A stretch of 64,000 nucleotides of DNA from Thecamonas trahens ATCC 50062 (taxonomy: Eukaryota; Protista; Apusomonadida). The translations under genes and the position numbers were made by a program. Position 1 is the stretch's first letter. Each line of letters opens with the position of its first letter. Shown here piece by piece: positions 51,583-62,529 of this stretch. The notes beneath the pieces were generated by a model. The model did not search any database. It was given only the letters and a program-made list of their open reading frames with translations, and had not been told where the DNA came from. The stretch is from assembly GCF_000142905.1 (NCBI RefSeq), contig NW_013657674.1, forward strand, positions 567,278 through 631,277, read 5' to 3'.

Positions 51583-54500
51583 ATGCAGACGGCGGACAGG
51601 TTTCCCGAGGCCGAGAGCCTGCCTGTGGCTGCGGTGGTGGCCAAGTTTGCAGAGACGGGCGAGGACGACCGACTGAGCGTGCTGGACTTTAACTACCAGG
51701 CGCTGCCGTTTCTCCCGCAGCAGGGCGGGCTGTGGAACCGGCTGGGGCATGTGACGCACATGTTTCTGACCGACACGGGAATCCGGACGTTGCCACCGGC
51801 GCTCGGGCTGATGACCTCGCTCGAGTCGCTGCACCTCGGACAGAACATGCTGACGGCACTGCCAGCGAGCCTCTGGTCGCTGACGGCGCTCCGCGAGTTA
51901 ATTCTGACGGCGAACGACCTCGCCGAGCTGCCGACGGGTGTGGGCAACCTCCGCGCTCTGACCTCGCTCAATGTTGCCGACAACGCGCTGCAGCAGCTGC
52001 CTGCCGAGCTCGGGGCGCTCTCGCGGCTTCGGTTGCTCAACGTGTCGCATAACGAGCTTGCCGCGCTGCCGCCGCAGCTCGGCGAGTGCTCGTCGCTCTC
52101 AGTTCTCAACGTCGGCTTCAACTACCTGAAGGAGCTGCCGCTGGAGCTTGCAGCGGCGCCGCTGGAGTACGTCGACATCCAGTTCAACCCGCTTGATCCG
52201 GTACTCCTTGCGGCAGTCTCCAAGTTTGGCGTCGAGGCATTAATGCTCTCGCTCAACCACGCACGGATCCACGTGCGGCTGGGGCGGCTGGTGCCGCCAT
52301 CGGACGATGCTGTGGCCGAGGCCGAGCTGGTGGAGCGGGCGTCGCTTGCGGTACCGATTCCGACGGGCGCATATCATGCGCCGGGCTCACCGGCGCGGAC
52401 TCCGTTAAGCGGCACAGAACGGGCCGGCGAAGCTGGCGAGCTCGACTTTGACCATGTGGATGAAGAGCGTAAGCGCTTGTTCTCGTCGACATTTACGGGC
52501 GATTTGTCGAGCTCGAGCGTGGCACGGGCCAAGGCGCGGTCGGCGACGCCAACGGCGACGGCGACGGCAGCGCCGATTAAGATGCGGCCACGGGCGGTGT
52601 CGTCGGCGGACATGCCCTCTGTTCCACCACGAGTCCTGCATGCGCGGGCGCGACAGCGGCCGGCCAAGCTCTCATCGGAGCGGAATCTCGGGCACCTATT
52701 GCGCCGCGAGAGTGCGTGGCGGGCGAGCCCAGCTCCGATGCTCAACTCGATCGATGTGTCGGACAAGTCGCCGCTGCGAACGCAGCTCGCGCTCGGCGGC
52801 ATGCGTCGGTCGGGCTCGTCCAAACTCGCTTCGGGCGCAATGGGCGAGAGCGTGAACGTGAGCGTGGCACGACGGCCGCTTGGCGGACACGCTTCGCTCC
52901 GACTCGACACGCTCTTAGTCTCGCGGCTGAGCAGTGAGGTGCGCGGGACTAAGTCGCCCAAGGCGGCATCGCCGGCCGAGTCGCGGCGGTACTACCATGT
53001 CGAAGAGGCTGGCAACGGGGAAGACGAGCCGCCGGATCTGCCTGTCATGCGGCGGTCGTCGTCGATGGAGGCTCCGGTTGGACTCGGGGCGTCGCTGCTG
53101 GAGGGTGCGGCGGAGACGACGGCGTCACCGCGCGGGACCAACGAGACGGCGGACGATGCGCGTACGGCTATCCTGGAGCGAAAGGCCAAGCTGGCGCGCA
53201 ACGTTACGCTCGCCCGCGAGCTGGTCGACACACTCGAGGCATACGTCGAGGAGCCCGGAGGCACCCGACCGCCACCGGCCAAAGGTCTTTTTGCGTCGGT
53301 GCTTGGAACGCAGGTCTCGTCGCTTGCCGCCGTTTTTCGGACCAAATCGTCGGAGCGCGAGGAGCAAGCCAGCGAGGTCCATGTTCCGGCGCCGGGCTTT
53401 CTGGCCTCGCCGAGCCTCTCTGTGCACGGCCTCTCGGGCTCGGACGATTACTTTGCGCAGGTCTCGGCGTCGTTCCCGTCGCAGCTCCAGCTCAACTACC
53501 ACGGGTACCACTCGTCGCTGCACGCGCGGTCCGACACGCCGCTCTCTGATGGCTCGCTCTCGCTGCCGGGCGGAGCCAGCGACTTGGAGCTGCTCGGCAC
53601 AGAATCTGAGGGCTCATCGGGTAAGTCGACGCCTCACACCTCGCCGCGAAGGGTATTTGACTCGCACGAGGTGATGACCAAGTTTCTGGAGGCAATCCAG
53701 TCGGCCACGCCGTCGGCGGGGCGCTCGAGTGAGGCGCCGTCACCGCGGCCTGCTGGTCGTGCAGGGCTGGCCTCACCGCTGGCGCAGATGCAGTCGTCGG
53801 CACTGTCCTTGCCAACGCAGCGGTGGCTGGCGGCCAAGGACAAGATTCTGGCGATGCGGCGCGTGGCAGCAAGCGCGACGGCCGATTCGTCGGCGGCGAG
53901 CGTTGTCAACCAAGCGACAGCGAGCGAGGGCCCGGCATTGTTTCGCCACGGTCGGTGTCGGGAGCGGAGCGGAGTGTGGTGGTGAGCGGCAAGTCGAGCG
54001 TGAACTCGCTCGTGGAGGCGCTGGCAGCCGAGGCGCTGCCTGATCCCGAGTATGTGCACGACTTTCTGCTCATGTACCGCGAGTTGCTGACGGGTCCGGA
54101 GCTGCTGGGCAAGCTTGTTGAGCGGTTCAACATTACGACGCCAAGCAACCCAACGCCTGAGGAGATTGAGCACTACAACAAGTACAAGGTTGTGATCCAG
54201 ATCCGGGTGGCCAACGTTGTCCGGCGGTGGATTGACGGGTTCTGGCATGATTGGTGCGAGCCAATCATGCTCGATGGCCTGCACGAGTTCTTTAAGTTGC
54301 TTGTTGAGTCTGAGCTTGACGCGATGGCGCTGCAGCTTGTGGGGCGCGTCCGCGACCAGCTGCAGGAGCACGACGCGGCGGCCGAGGCGGCGCGGCGGGT
54401 GCGGCGCAATTTGTTTGGCTCATCGATGAGCGGGCCAGAGACGCTGTCGCGAAGCAGCGCCGGATGGAACGGGGCCAAGGCCATGGTGCTCGAGGTGGAG

Positions 54501-55232
54501 CCGTCGGTGGCAGCGTCTGCGCTCACCCGGATCGAGATGGAGTACTTTGCGCGGATCCGGCCGGAGGAGTTTCTTGCCCCGTACTGGGCGAGCGCCGAAA
54601 ACAGCGAGGAGGCGATACACGCCCACGCGCCGAACCTCATCCACTACATCAAGCGGTTCAACATTGTGGCCGGATGGGTGGCGACCGAGGTGGTGATGGC
54701 GCGCGACTTGCGGACGCGCGTCGCCCTCATCAAGCGGTTTGTGGTCATTGCTGAGAAGCTGCTCGCCATGCACAATTACAACACGCTCATGGCGGTCCTC
54801 TCTGGACTCAACATGCCCGTGGTGGCGCGGCTCTCGCGGACGTGGTCGCGGGTCTCGGCCAAGTACCGCGGCCCGCTGGCGCAGCTGCACCGACTTATGG
54901 ACCCGGCGGGTAACTACCAGACTTACCGCAAGAAGATCCGGCGGATCGAGCCGCCGCTCATTCCATTCATCGGGTTGCTAGTGGCAGATCTTATGTTTAT
55001 CCATGCAGCCAATGCGGGGGCGGAGAGCGAGGCCGGACTGGTTGATGTCGAGTGGTTGCGGTCGATTGCCGCGGTGGTGCTCGACATTGGGCGGCTGCAG
55101 AGCCACAAGCCTGTACTTGTGGTGGAGCCGCACGTGTATGCGTCGTTCAAGTACGTGTTTGTGGCATCAGAGACGGCGCTGGTAGAGGCGTCGCTTGCGG
55201 TGGAGCCCGAGGACTTTGAGCTCGAGCAGTGA
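51583..55232 (+). CDS. LRR-REM-RasGEF (CDC25) protein, split across two frames at ~53823-53985
   Basis: N-terminal LxxLxLxxNxLxxLP repeats; second frame has REM (DFLLMYR...RVANVVRRW) and CDC25 (IRPEEFL, FNIVAGWV, HNYNTLMAVLSGL, RLSRTW, GNYQTYR, PLIPFIGL). Confidence 0.85.
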
Positions 55233-55242
55233 AATGCGCGGT

Positions 55243-55665
55243 CCACACCAGCCGCGAATAGAGCTACTGCGGCGAGGGCGGCGGCGAGGAGGGGAGTTGC
55301 TTCCGGGATGGGGCCCAATGCAGCGAGAAGCGGGGCCATGTTTGCCCACACCAGCCGCGAATAGAGCTACTGCGGCGAGGGCGGCGGCGAGGAGGGGAGT
55401 TGCTTCCGGGATGGGGCCCAATGCAGCGAGAAGCGGGGCCATGTTTGCCCACACCAGCCGCGAATAGAGCTACTGCGGCGAGGGCGGCGGCGAGGAGGGG
55501 AGTTGCTTCCGGGATGGGGCCCAATGCAGCGAGAAGCGGGGCCATGTTTGCCCACACCAGCCGCGAATAGAGCTACTGCGGCGAGGGCGGCGGCGAGGAG
55601 GGGAGTTGCTTCCGGGATGGGGCCCAATGCAGCGAGAAGCGGGGCCATGTTTGCCCACACCAGCC
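55243..55665. repeat. Four exact tandem copies of a 103-bp unit bounded by an 11-bp direct repeat (ccacaccagcc)
   Basis: Units start at 55243, 55346, 55449 and 55552; the junction repeat recurs at 55655. Confidence 0.95.
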
Positions 55666-56714
55666 TCGAGGCCGGCGATGGTGTCGAGGAGTAGTGTGAT
55701 TACGTCTGTGACGGCGCCGCCGGAGGCAATGTAGGCGGCCTTGAGGGCCTCAAGACGATCGACACCTGGGATGCGGAGGAGGATCTCGACCATACCGTAG
55801 TTATCCTCTTCTGCAGCAACACAGAGGGCGGTGACTGCCTCGGCGAGGTAGTCGTGAAAATGGCGCGGCTGGACGCCGCCGACCCAGCACATTTCGGAGA
55901 TGTAGTAGTCGACGATGACGGCGGCAACCTCGAGGCGGCCTTCAAAGGCGGCCTCCTCGAGCGGTCCGATGAGCGGGACGTCGTCAGGGACGTAGGAAAG
56001 AATGAGCGAGGCAGACGCAGCGCGGTTGGAGCGAATGGCGGCCGATAGGGCGGCGATGAAGATGTCTTGGGCGTCGCCGATGCCAAGATTGTGGTTAGCG
56101 GCCGCGCACTCTGCGGCGACGCGGATGACTTCATCAAGTCCGCGCCACGCGGCATAGTCCATAATGGTGGCGATGGCACGGTAGTCAACATATGGGCGCG
56201 ACGAGATGACAGCGAGCGCCTCGGGATGGTCGTACAGCGCGGCGAGGTCGTGAAGCGGGCGGCGGAGGTTGTCGGCAACGTCGGCGAGATCGCCAGCCTC
56301 GTCGCGGGTGAGCTGGACCGAGTCCGGCGCCAGTGCTGGATGGGCCCAGAGAGTGTCAAAAACGGCACGCCACTCTGCGGCCATCTCTGGATCGGCGACG
56401 AGCGGAGCGGCCGGGTAGGCGAGGACACGGGCAAGAAGGCCGACGACGTCGCCATCGTACATGTCGTTCATGGCTGGGAGGCGGGCGACAGCAATGCGAG
56501 CAGCTTTCCAGTAGGCGTGGGTGACTGTCCACTCAAAGCCCATGAGCGCGTAGTGAAGGGCCTGGACGTAGCTGCTGCCGGTCAGCCTGGCATTGATGGC
56601 TCGGCAAGAGAGCTTGAGGGCGCGGACGTCTGCTGCCGACAGGAGCCCGAGCTGAAAACTGATGTACTGCAGACACTCGGCAGGCAGCATTGCCAGTGAC
56701 GCTATGTCAGACAT
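55470..56714 (-). CDS. F-box plus degenerate ankyrin-repeat protein; 3' end runs into the 103-bp array
   Basis: LAMLPAECLQYISFQL...DVRALKLSCR (F-box-like); AAWRG, AAFEGRLEV, AAEEDNYGMVEILL ankyrin-like helices. Confidence 0.7.
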   Translation of the reverse strand: MSDIASLAMLPAECLQYISFQLGLLSAADVRALKLSCRAINARLTGSSYVQALHYALMGFEWTVTHAYWKAARIAVARLPAMNDMYDGDVVGLLARVLAYPAAPLVADPEMAAEWRAVFDTLWAHPALAPDSVQLTRDEAGDLADVADNLRRPLHDLAALYDHPEALAVISSRPYVDYRAIATIMDYAAWRGLDEVIRVAAECAAANHNLGIGDAQDIFIAALSAAIRSNRAASASLILSYVPDDVPLIGPLEEAAFEGRLEVAAVIVDYYISEMCWVGGVQPRHFHDYLAEAVTALCVAAEEDNYGMVEILLRIPGVDRLEALKAAYIASGGAVTDVITLLLDTIAGLEAGVGKHGPASRCIGPHPGSNSPPRRRPRRSSSIRGWCGQTWPRFSLHWAPSRKQLPSSPPPSPQ

Positions 56715-57272
56715 GACGGGAGAGAAGGATGGGGGAGTGCGAATGACGAGTGGCTGGTTGGCACCGTGGCGGTGGAGGCTGCGGCGGAGGGAGTAGGGGT
56801 GGAGGTGGCGGTGGTGGAGGCGAAGGGGGGATATTGGACGAACTCCGGCGCGAGTGAGGCTGCGGCGAGTAAACCAGAAATGCAAGAGTAGGCAGAAGGG
56901 AGAGAGGAACCAAGTCCAGTCGGATGTGGTGGAGGAGGAACAGTGACAGGGGCGGAGTAAGGGTACGCGACCAAGCCTGTGGGAGGGAGAGGTGCGAAGT
57001 GCCTGCCGGCCAAGTGAGGAACGGGGTGGTGGAGACAAGTTGCGGGTAGCTCTGCCGTAGGGGGAGGGGCGTGGTCGCCAGGTGGGGCTAAAAAATTGCG
57101 ACACGGTGCGCTTGTTTCTCGCCAGCATTGTTCGGGCGAGTCATGGTCAGCTGAAAGTCTGGCTTTTTTGTTGTTGGTCCGTCGGCTTGAGAGTTGGGAA
57201 GAATTATTGGCGTTGGCGTTGGCGTTGGCGTTGGCGTTGGCTCAGCAAGCACTTGTCGAGAGACCAATCAAG

Positions 57273-60200
57273 ATGGAATCGCAGCCGATCAAGGTTGTGG
57301 TGCGGATCCGTCCGTTTTCACGAAAGGAGGCTGCAGGCGGGGCACGTGATGTGCTGCGGGTGGAGGACGGGAACGTGGTTGCCGTCCCGCGTGTGTCAGG
57401 CGGGAGCGCGACAGGCGCGGCCGGCAAAGGGCCGGCCACGACCGGCAGCAGCGGGCCGGCTGGCGGCAGCAGGGCCTTTGGCTATGCCACGGTGGGCAGT
57501 CGGCCGCGTAGCGGGTCGGCGGTGGGCGACGGAAGGGGCGTGGCGTCGTTTGAGAACTGGGCGGCCGGGTCGGTCGGCTCGGGCGGGCGCGGCGGGCGCG
57601 GAAGCGGGCGAAGTGCCAAATTTTCAAATGGCGAGTTCGGAGGCGGGCGGAGCCCGCTGTCGCCGGTCGACACCAACAGCGGCGGGAGCGGAGGAGCGGC
57701 AGGCGGGCGGAGCGGGAGCAAGGCACGGACGCTGAGCTTTGCCTTTGATGCTGTTCACGACTGTCGGGCGACGGACAGCTCGGGTGAGGGTCCGGCATCA
57801 GAGGCGCAGCTCGCGGCCGACCAGCAGGCGCTGTTCGACGAGCTCGGCGGTGAGCTGCTCGACGCGGTGTGGAACGGGTACAACTGCTCGGTCTTCTCGT
57901 ATGGACAGACCGGCGCTGGCAAGACGTACACGATGGTCGGCGATCGGGTCGGCTCGGGGCGCGAGGGCTTTGTCCCGCGGTTCTGCACCGCGCTGCTGAA
58001 CCGGATCAAGGCTGCGCGCGGCGAGGCCGGGCGGCGGTTCTCGGTCTCGGTCTCGCTCCTCGAGATCTACAACGAGCAGCTGGCAGACCTGCTGGCGTCG
58101 CGGCCGAGCCGGCCGGGCGCAACAGCAGCCAAGCTCAAGATCCGCGAGGACCCGCAGTTTGGCCCGTACTGCCCGGGCCTCACGCGGGTGGAGGTGAAGT
58201 CTGCCCAGCAAGCTGTCGACCTCATTCAACTCGGGTTTGCGTCACGGACGACGTCATCGACCTCGCACAACACGGTCTCATCGCGCTCACACGCCGTCTT
58301 TACACTCACGTTTACTTCCGAGTGGACTGACGAGGCGACCGGGCTCACCGAGGCGCAGGTCTCGCGAATCAACCTTGTAGACCTCGCCGGCTCGGAGCGG
58401 CTCGGCTCGATGGAGAAGCGCAACGGAGTGCTGCTCAAGGAGACTGGCGAGATCAACAAGTCGCTCCTTTGTCTCTCGCGGGTCATCACCCAGCTCGCCG
58501 GGAGCCAAGGCGGGGCCGGGAGCGACGAGCCGGAGCACGTCTCGTACCGCGACTCGCTCCTCACCTGGCTCCTCCGCGACTCGCTCGGCGGCAACTCGAA
58601 AACGGTCATGGTGGCGTCAGTCTCGCCAGCGGCGTCGGCGCTCGAGGAGACGCGAAACACGCTACGGTACGCGGCGCGCGCGTCGCGGATCGTCAACACC
58701 GCCCGGGTCAACATCGATCCACGGGCCAAAGTCATTGCCGACCTGCGGGCGCAGGTCAAGGCACTGCAGGCACTGGCGACGCCGATGCCCAAGCCCTCGC
58801 CGGTGTCACGCATCTCTGAGCTTGCTGTCGGCTCGCTCAACGACTCTTCGACAATTGAGGATGACGACGAGGACGCCGGCGGGAGCGACAACGACACGTT
58901 GCGCGGGTGGCGGCTAATGCCGGCCGAGATGGCGAGCGCCGCCGTGCAGACCTCGCCACTCAAGGCGGTGCTGCCGGGAACGCGGCTCGAGAACGGGACG
59001 TCCACGGCGTACCTCGTGTGCCTCTCGCCGGACGCAACCGAAGGCGAGGATCTTGTGGTGGGCGTCTCGTCGGGCGCTCCGCGAGTCATTGGCTCTGCGC
59101 CCCACCTTGTGGAACTAGCATGGGACGCGGCCGAAGGCGTGGCTGAGCTCAGCCTCTCGTCGCGGTACGCGCACTGTGTGATCCATGACGACAACGAGGC
59201 TCGCGAGCCGCTTGCACGTGGCAGCTCAACACGGCTAGCACCGGGCACCACGTTCACGCTCGGCACAAATCGGCTGTGGTGGTTCCGCGGCCCACCGGCT
59301 GAACCTGTCCACGCCACCAACCTCCTTTGCTCCCCGAGCCGAACTTCGGCTAACCGGTCAGCTGGGTTTGAGGCACTGCTGCGAGCCTGGCCTCAGGCTC
59401 CTATTTCGCCACCGGAGTTGGGAGCAGCACAAGCGGCGCTCCTGACCTCGCCGTCGGCTCCGCCTGCCTCGCAAGTACCGGATGAGTCGGTCGAGGTCTC
59501 GCGTTTGGAGAGTGAGCTCGCTGGCGCACAGCTGCGGGCCAAGCAGGCCGAGCGGGCTCGTGCGGCGGCGGTGGCACGGACCGACGAGCTTGAGCTCGAG
59601 CTGGAGGAGATGCGGGCTACGGTGCAGCGAGCACATGCCGAAGCGGCAGAAGCAGCCGAACGAGCGGCGGCCGCGGCTACCGAGGCGGCGACGGCCAAGG
59701 CCGGAGCGTCAGGAGCAGAGATGATGGCGAGCGGCAAGGTCGAGGCGCTGAAGGAAGATCTGGCGTCGTACCGGAGCGAGAATGCACAGCTGAGCCAGGA
59801 GCTGGCATCGGCGACGGCGGCAGCGAAGCGTGCTCGCGAGAGCCTCCGGGCAATGGAGGAGCGGGCAGAGCGGGCAGAGGCACAGCTGGCGGCAGCCGAG
59901 GCCGAGGCGTTGTCGGTGACTGAGGAGGCAGCTGAGCAGGCAAAGCAGATGGACGAAGTCATTTCATCGCAGGGCATGCAGCTGGAGGAGCTCTCTGACT
60001 CGATTGCATTCCTCACGGCACAGCTGGAGAAGCGGAACAACCCGACCGGATGCGCCACACCAACCAAGTCGCTACAGCTTGTGGTGGCCCGGCTGAAGGA
60101 CGAGCTGCGGCGGCGTGATGAGATCGAGGCTGATCTGCGGGCGCAGCTCGGCAAGAGCCGCGATGAGGTGGCGACGACCCAGGCGTCGGCGACGGCCCTG

Positions 60201-61001
60201 AAAGAGCAAGCAGCGGCGGCACGGGCCGAGATGAGCGCAGTGATGACAGAGCGCAAGGCAACCATTGCCGCCGCTGCTGCCGAAAAGGCCAAGCTGGGCA
60301 AGCTCAACGTCGAGCTCGAGCGTGGGCACGACGCGCTGACGGCCAAGGTTGGTGCGCTGACGCGCGAGCTGAGCGAGGCCAAGGCTGCAGCTGCGGCGTC
60401 GGCGGCGAGCGTCAAGTCGATGCAGATCGAGCTACTTGCGCTGCAGATCGAGCTGACCAAGCCGGCGGTCCCGGTGTACTTTGGCTCGGGCCCGGCCAAG
60501 GCGCTGCACGTCGGGCACGACCCTGTGGCTGCACTGGGGACAGCGCTGGCGCGCGCAGCGGGATCAAACGGCTCGTCGGCGCAGCGGTACCTGTTTGTGG
60601 CACTCAACAACGGCGACGAGCGCTCGGAGCGGCTGCTTCGCGATGAAGAGGTTCCGCTGGACCTGGTGACGGCGTGGGACCTTGCCGGGGTGGCGCATCT
60701 GCGCTCATTCCACTATCGGGCCAAGGGCCGGATCCGCGTGTACGTGGATGGCGAGACGTACAAGACACTCATCATTGCACCGGACACTAGCACGGACGAG
60801 GTTATCGAGCTCGTGGTGGCACGGTGCCGGGATGGCGGCCTCGACATCGGCCCCGCAGCGAACACCAAGCTCCAGCTCGACGACCGCCTCGCCGGCGTGG
60901 TGTCTGACGTGGAGCCGGGAGCGCATCCGTTGAGGATGCTCTCATGCTACCCGATCCACGAGCACGCAAATGTCCGGTTCGTGCTTGTGTCGACAGCGTG
61001 A
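57273..61001 (+). CDS. Kinesin (kinesin-3-like) with degenerate FHA-like region, coiled coil and two C-terminal RA-like domains
   Basis: IKVVVRIRP, GYNCSVFSYGQTGAGKT, LEIYNE, SSRSHAVF, LVDLAGSER, YRDSLLTWLLRDSLGGNSKT, VNIDP neck; tail RLLRDEEVPL...W...F and IRVY..GETYKTL.I..DTST.EVI. Confidence 0.93.
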   Translation: MESQPIKVVVRIRPFSRKEAAGGARDVLRVEDGNVVAVPRVSGGSATGAAGKGPATTGSSGPAGGSRAFGYATVGSRPRSGSAVGDGRGVASFENWAAGSVGSGGRGGRGSGRSAKFSNGEFGGGRSPLSPVDTNSGGSGGAAGGRSGSKARTLSFAFDAVHDCRATDSSGEGPASEAQLAADQQALFDELGGELLDAVWNGYNCSVFSYGQTGAGKTYTMVGDRVGSGREGFVPRFCTALLNRIKAARGEAGRRFSVSVSLLEIYNEQLADLLASRPSRPGATAAKLKIREDPQFGPYCPGLTRVEVKSAQQAVDLIQLGFASRTTSSTSHNTVSSRSHAVFTLTFTSEWTDEATGLTEAQVSRINLVDLAGSERLGSMEKRNGVLLKETGEINKSLLCLSRVITQLAGSQGGAGSDEPEHVSYRDSLLTWLLRDSLGGNSKTVMVASVSPAASALEETRNTLRYAARASRIVNTARVNIDPRAKVIADLRAQVKALQALATPMPKPSPVSRISELAVGSLNDSSTIEDDDEDAGGSDNDTLRGWRLMPAEMASAAVQTSPLKAVLPGTRLENGTSTAYLVCLSPDATEGEDLVVGVSSGAPRVIGSAPHLVELAWDAAEGVAELSLSSRYAHCVIHDDNEAREPLARGSSTRLAPGTTFTLGTNRLWWFRGPPAEPVHATNLLCSPSRTSANRSAGFEALLRAWPQAPISPPELGAAQAALLTSPSAPPASQVPDESVEVSRLESELAGAQLRAKQAERARAAAVARTDELELELEEMRATVQRAHAEAAEAAERAAAAATEAATAKAGASGAEMMASGKVEALKEDLASYRSENAQLSQELASATAAAKRARESLRAMEERAERAEAQLAAAEAEALSVTEEAAEQAKQMDEVISSQGMQLEELSDSIAFLTAQLEKRNNPTGCATPTKSLQLVVARLKDELRRRDEIEADLRAQLGKSRDEVATTQASATALKEQAAAARAEMSAVMTERKATIAAAAAEKAKLGKLNVELERGHDALTAKVGALTRELSEAKAAAAASAASVKSMQIELLALQIELTKPAVPVYFGSGPAKALHVGHDPVAALGTALARAAGSNGSSAQRYLFVALNNGDERSERLLRDEEVPLDLVTAWDLAGVAHLRSFHYRAKGRIRVYVDGETYKTLIIAPDTSTDEVIELVVARCRDGGLDIGPAANTKLQLDDRLAGVVSDVEPGAHPLRMLSCYPIHEHANVRFVLVSTA

Positions 61002-61026
61002 ATGTAAACGGAAATGTAGCCTGAGC

Positions 61027-61552
61027 TCACCGACGACGGCGTTGACGCTTGGGCGGTGGCGGCGGCTCGGTCGTGTACGAGGCGCCGTGCACATCGTCCA
61101 CGTCGGAGCCAGATGACGGGCGATCACGTTTGGATGGGGCGTATACTGCCCATCGCGATGCGGCAGCAGCGGAGTTGGCGGAAGTAGTTGCTGGCGGTGG
61201 CGAGACTGAGTATGAGTACGAGTACTCGGGCGAGGCGAGGCGCGGGGGTTGGCAGGAGGAACAGCATCGTCCGAGTACGAGTATGTGTACGAGTCGTCGT
61301 GACCACGTGTACTCGCAGCAGTAGCGAATGTGGAGGTAGCTGCGGGTGCCGGGTTGGGTCCGGCGCTTGTGGTGGCTCGGGCGAGGTTGAGAGCCTGGAC
61401 AGCAGGGCGGACGACGGCAGCACGGGCATCACGGGCAAAGACCTTACGGAACGACTGCTTGGCACCGCACATGCGACAGGCCCACTTTTGGCCTTAATCT
61501 CCTTCTGCACCTGGTACGTGGCACAGTCGTAGCATTGGACCGCGAGGAACAT
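61027..61552 (-). CDS. MRNIP: MRN complex-interacting protein homolog with two apparent -1 frameshifts (error or pseudogene)
   Basis: MFLAVQCYDCATYQVQKEIKAK / KWACRMCGAKQSFRKVF...VQALNLAR matches the MRNIP Zn-ribbon N-terminus; a third frame gives SRWAVY...PKRQRRRR and a stop at 61027. Confidence 0.75.
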
Positions 61553-62223
61553 GGCCAGGGCGGGTGGCCGAGAAAGGTCGTGGTTTGGTCGCGAGCGATG
61601 CAGCGGTCGACGCCACAGCGCGTGAGAGTGGCGGCTGCGGCCGACGGGAGAAGGTGCAGACTTCACTTGTGAGAAGAAGAGGTACACACAGCAGCGACGT
61701 AGAGCATGAGCATAGTTTCATGTGTTGTTCGTGAGCTGGCGTTTGCTGCAGTGGCTGGATAGAAGCGGCGAAGCGAGCTGTCGCGGCGGGTGCGTGTGGG
61801 CAAGCGCAAGGCGGTCGAAGGCACAGGCAGTTGTGAGCTGCAGGGCGAGGTGGAGGAGGGAGAGAGAAAGAGCAGGTAGGATCAGTCCCGGCAGTGGTTA
61901 TGAGTGCGTCATCATCAGTCGGTGTCGGTGTCGATGTCAGTGAGTAAGGACGAGCAGGCGGGGTGGGGTGGGCTGCCGGCGGGCAGCGGAGGTGGTGGTG
62001 TTGACAATGGCGCGACGATGCGATGACGACAACCACTCGCAGCAGGTCAGCTGTCGCTGCACTCCCTTCGCACTCGCACTCCTGCTCCCGCTCGCCCTTC
62101 CGATCCGGATCTCATACCCTCATCTTCAACCGCAGCCTCGGCACGGCCTGTCCGCTCGCTCGTTTGGGCTGTCGCTCACTTGGGCCCGCCCGGCAGCGAT
62201 CCGGGAGGGGAAGATTGGGTTGG

Positions 62224-62529
62224 AGGGCAGACTGGTAGTCAATGCCATCGCTGTCGCTATCCGGATGCTTCGCCTCCGGTGCTCTGTCGATGGCTAGCTT
62301 GATTTCGGTGGTGCCGGAGGTGGTCGGTCGGCGGCGGGCGGCGGTGAGCAGCAGGCGGTCGGCAGTGATGCTGTTGACGGTATCGTGTCGGCTGGTGTGC
62401 GTATCGGGGAGCAAAGAGTGGGTGGTTATGCTTGCAGGGGTGGTGAGTACGTGTGGTGAGGGTGTGGTGGTTGTAGATGGAGATGGTCGGGAGTGGGGGT
62501 CAGAGATGGGCTCGGGGCGGAGGGGTCAG
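62224..62529. repeat. Diverged ~300-bp direct repeat, copy 1
   Basis: Colinear similarity with 63667-63978 (agggcagactggtagtca...tcggtggtgccggaggtggtcgg...ggagatggtcgggagtgggggtc). Confidence 0.85.

Noticed and set aside
1845-61490. A genome-wide programmed frameshifting system explaining all frame breaks
   Set aside because: Breaks differ in direction, share no convincing slippery motif and fall at short homopolymers in a gapped draft assembly; error is more parsimonious until reads are checked.
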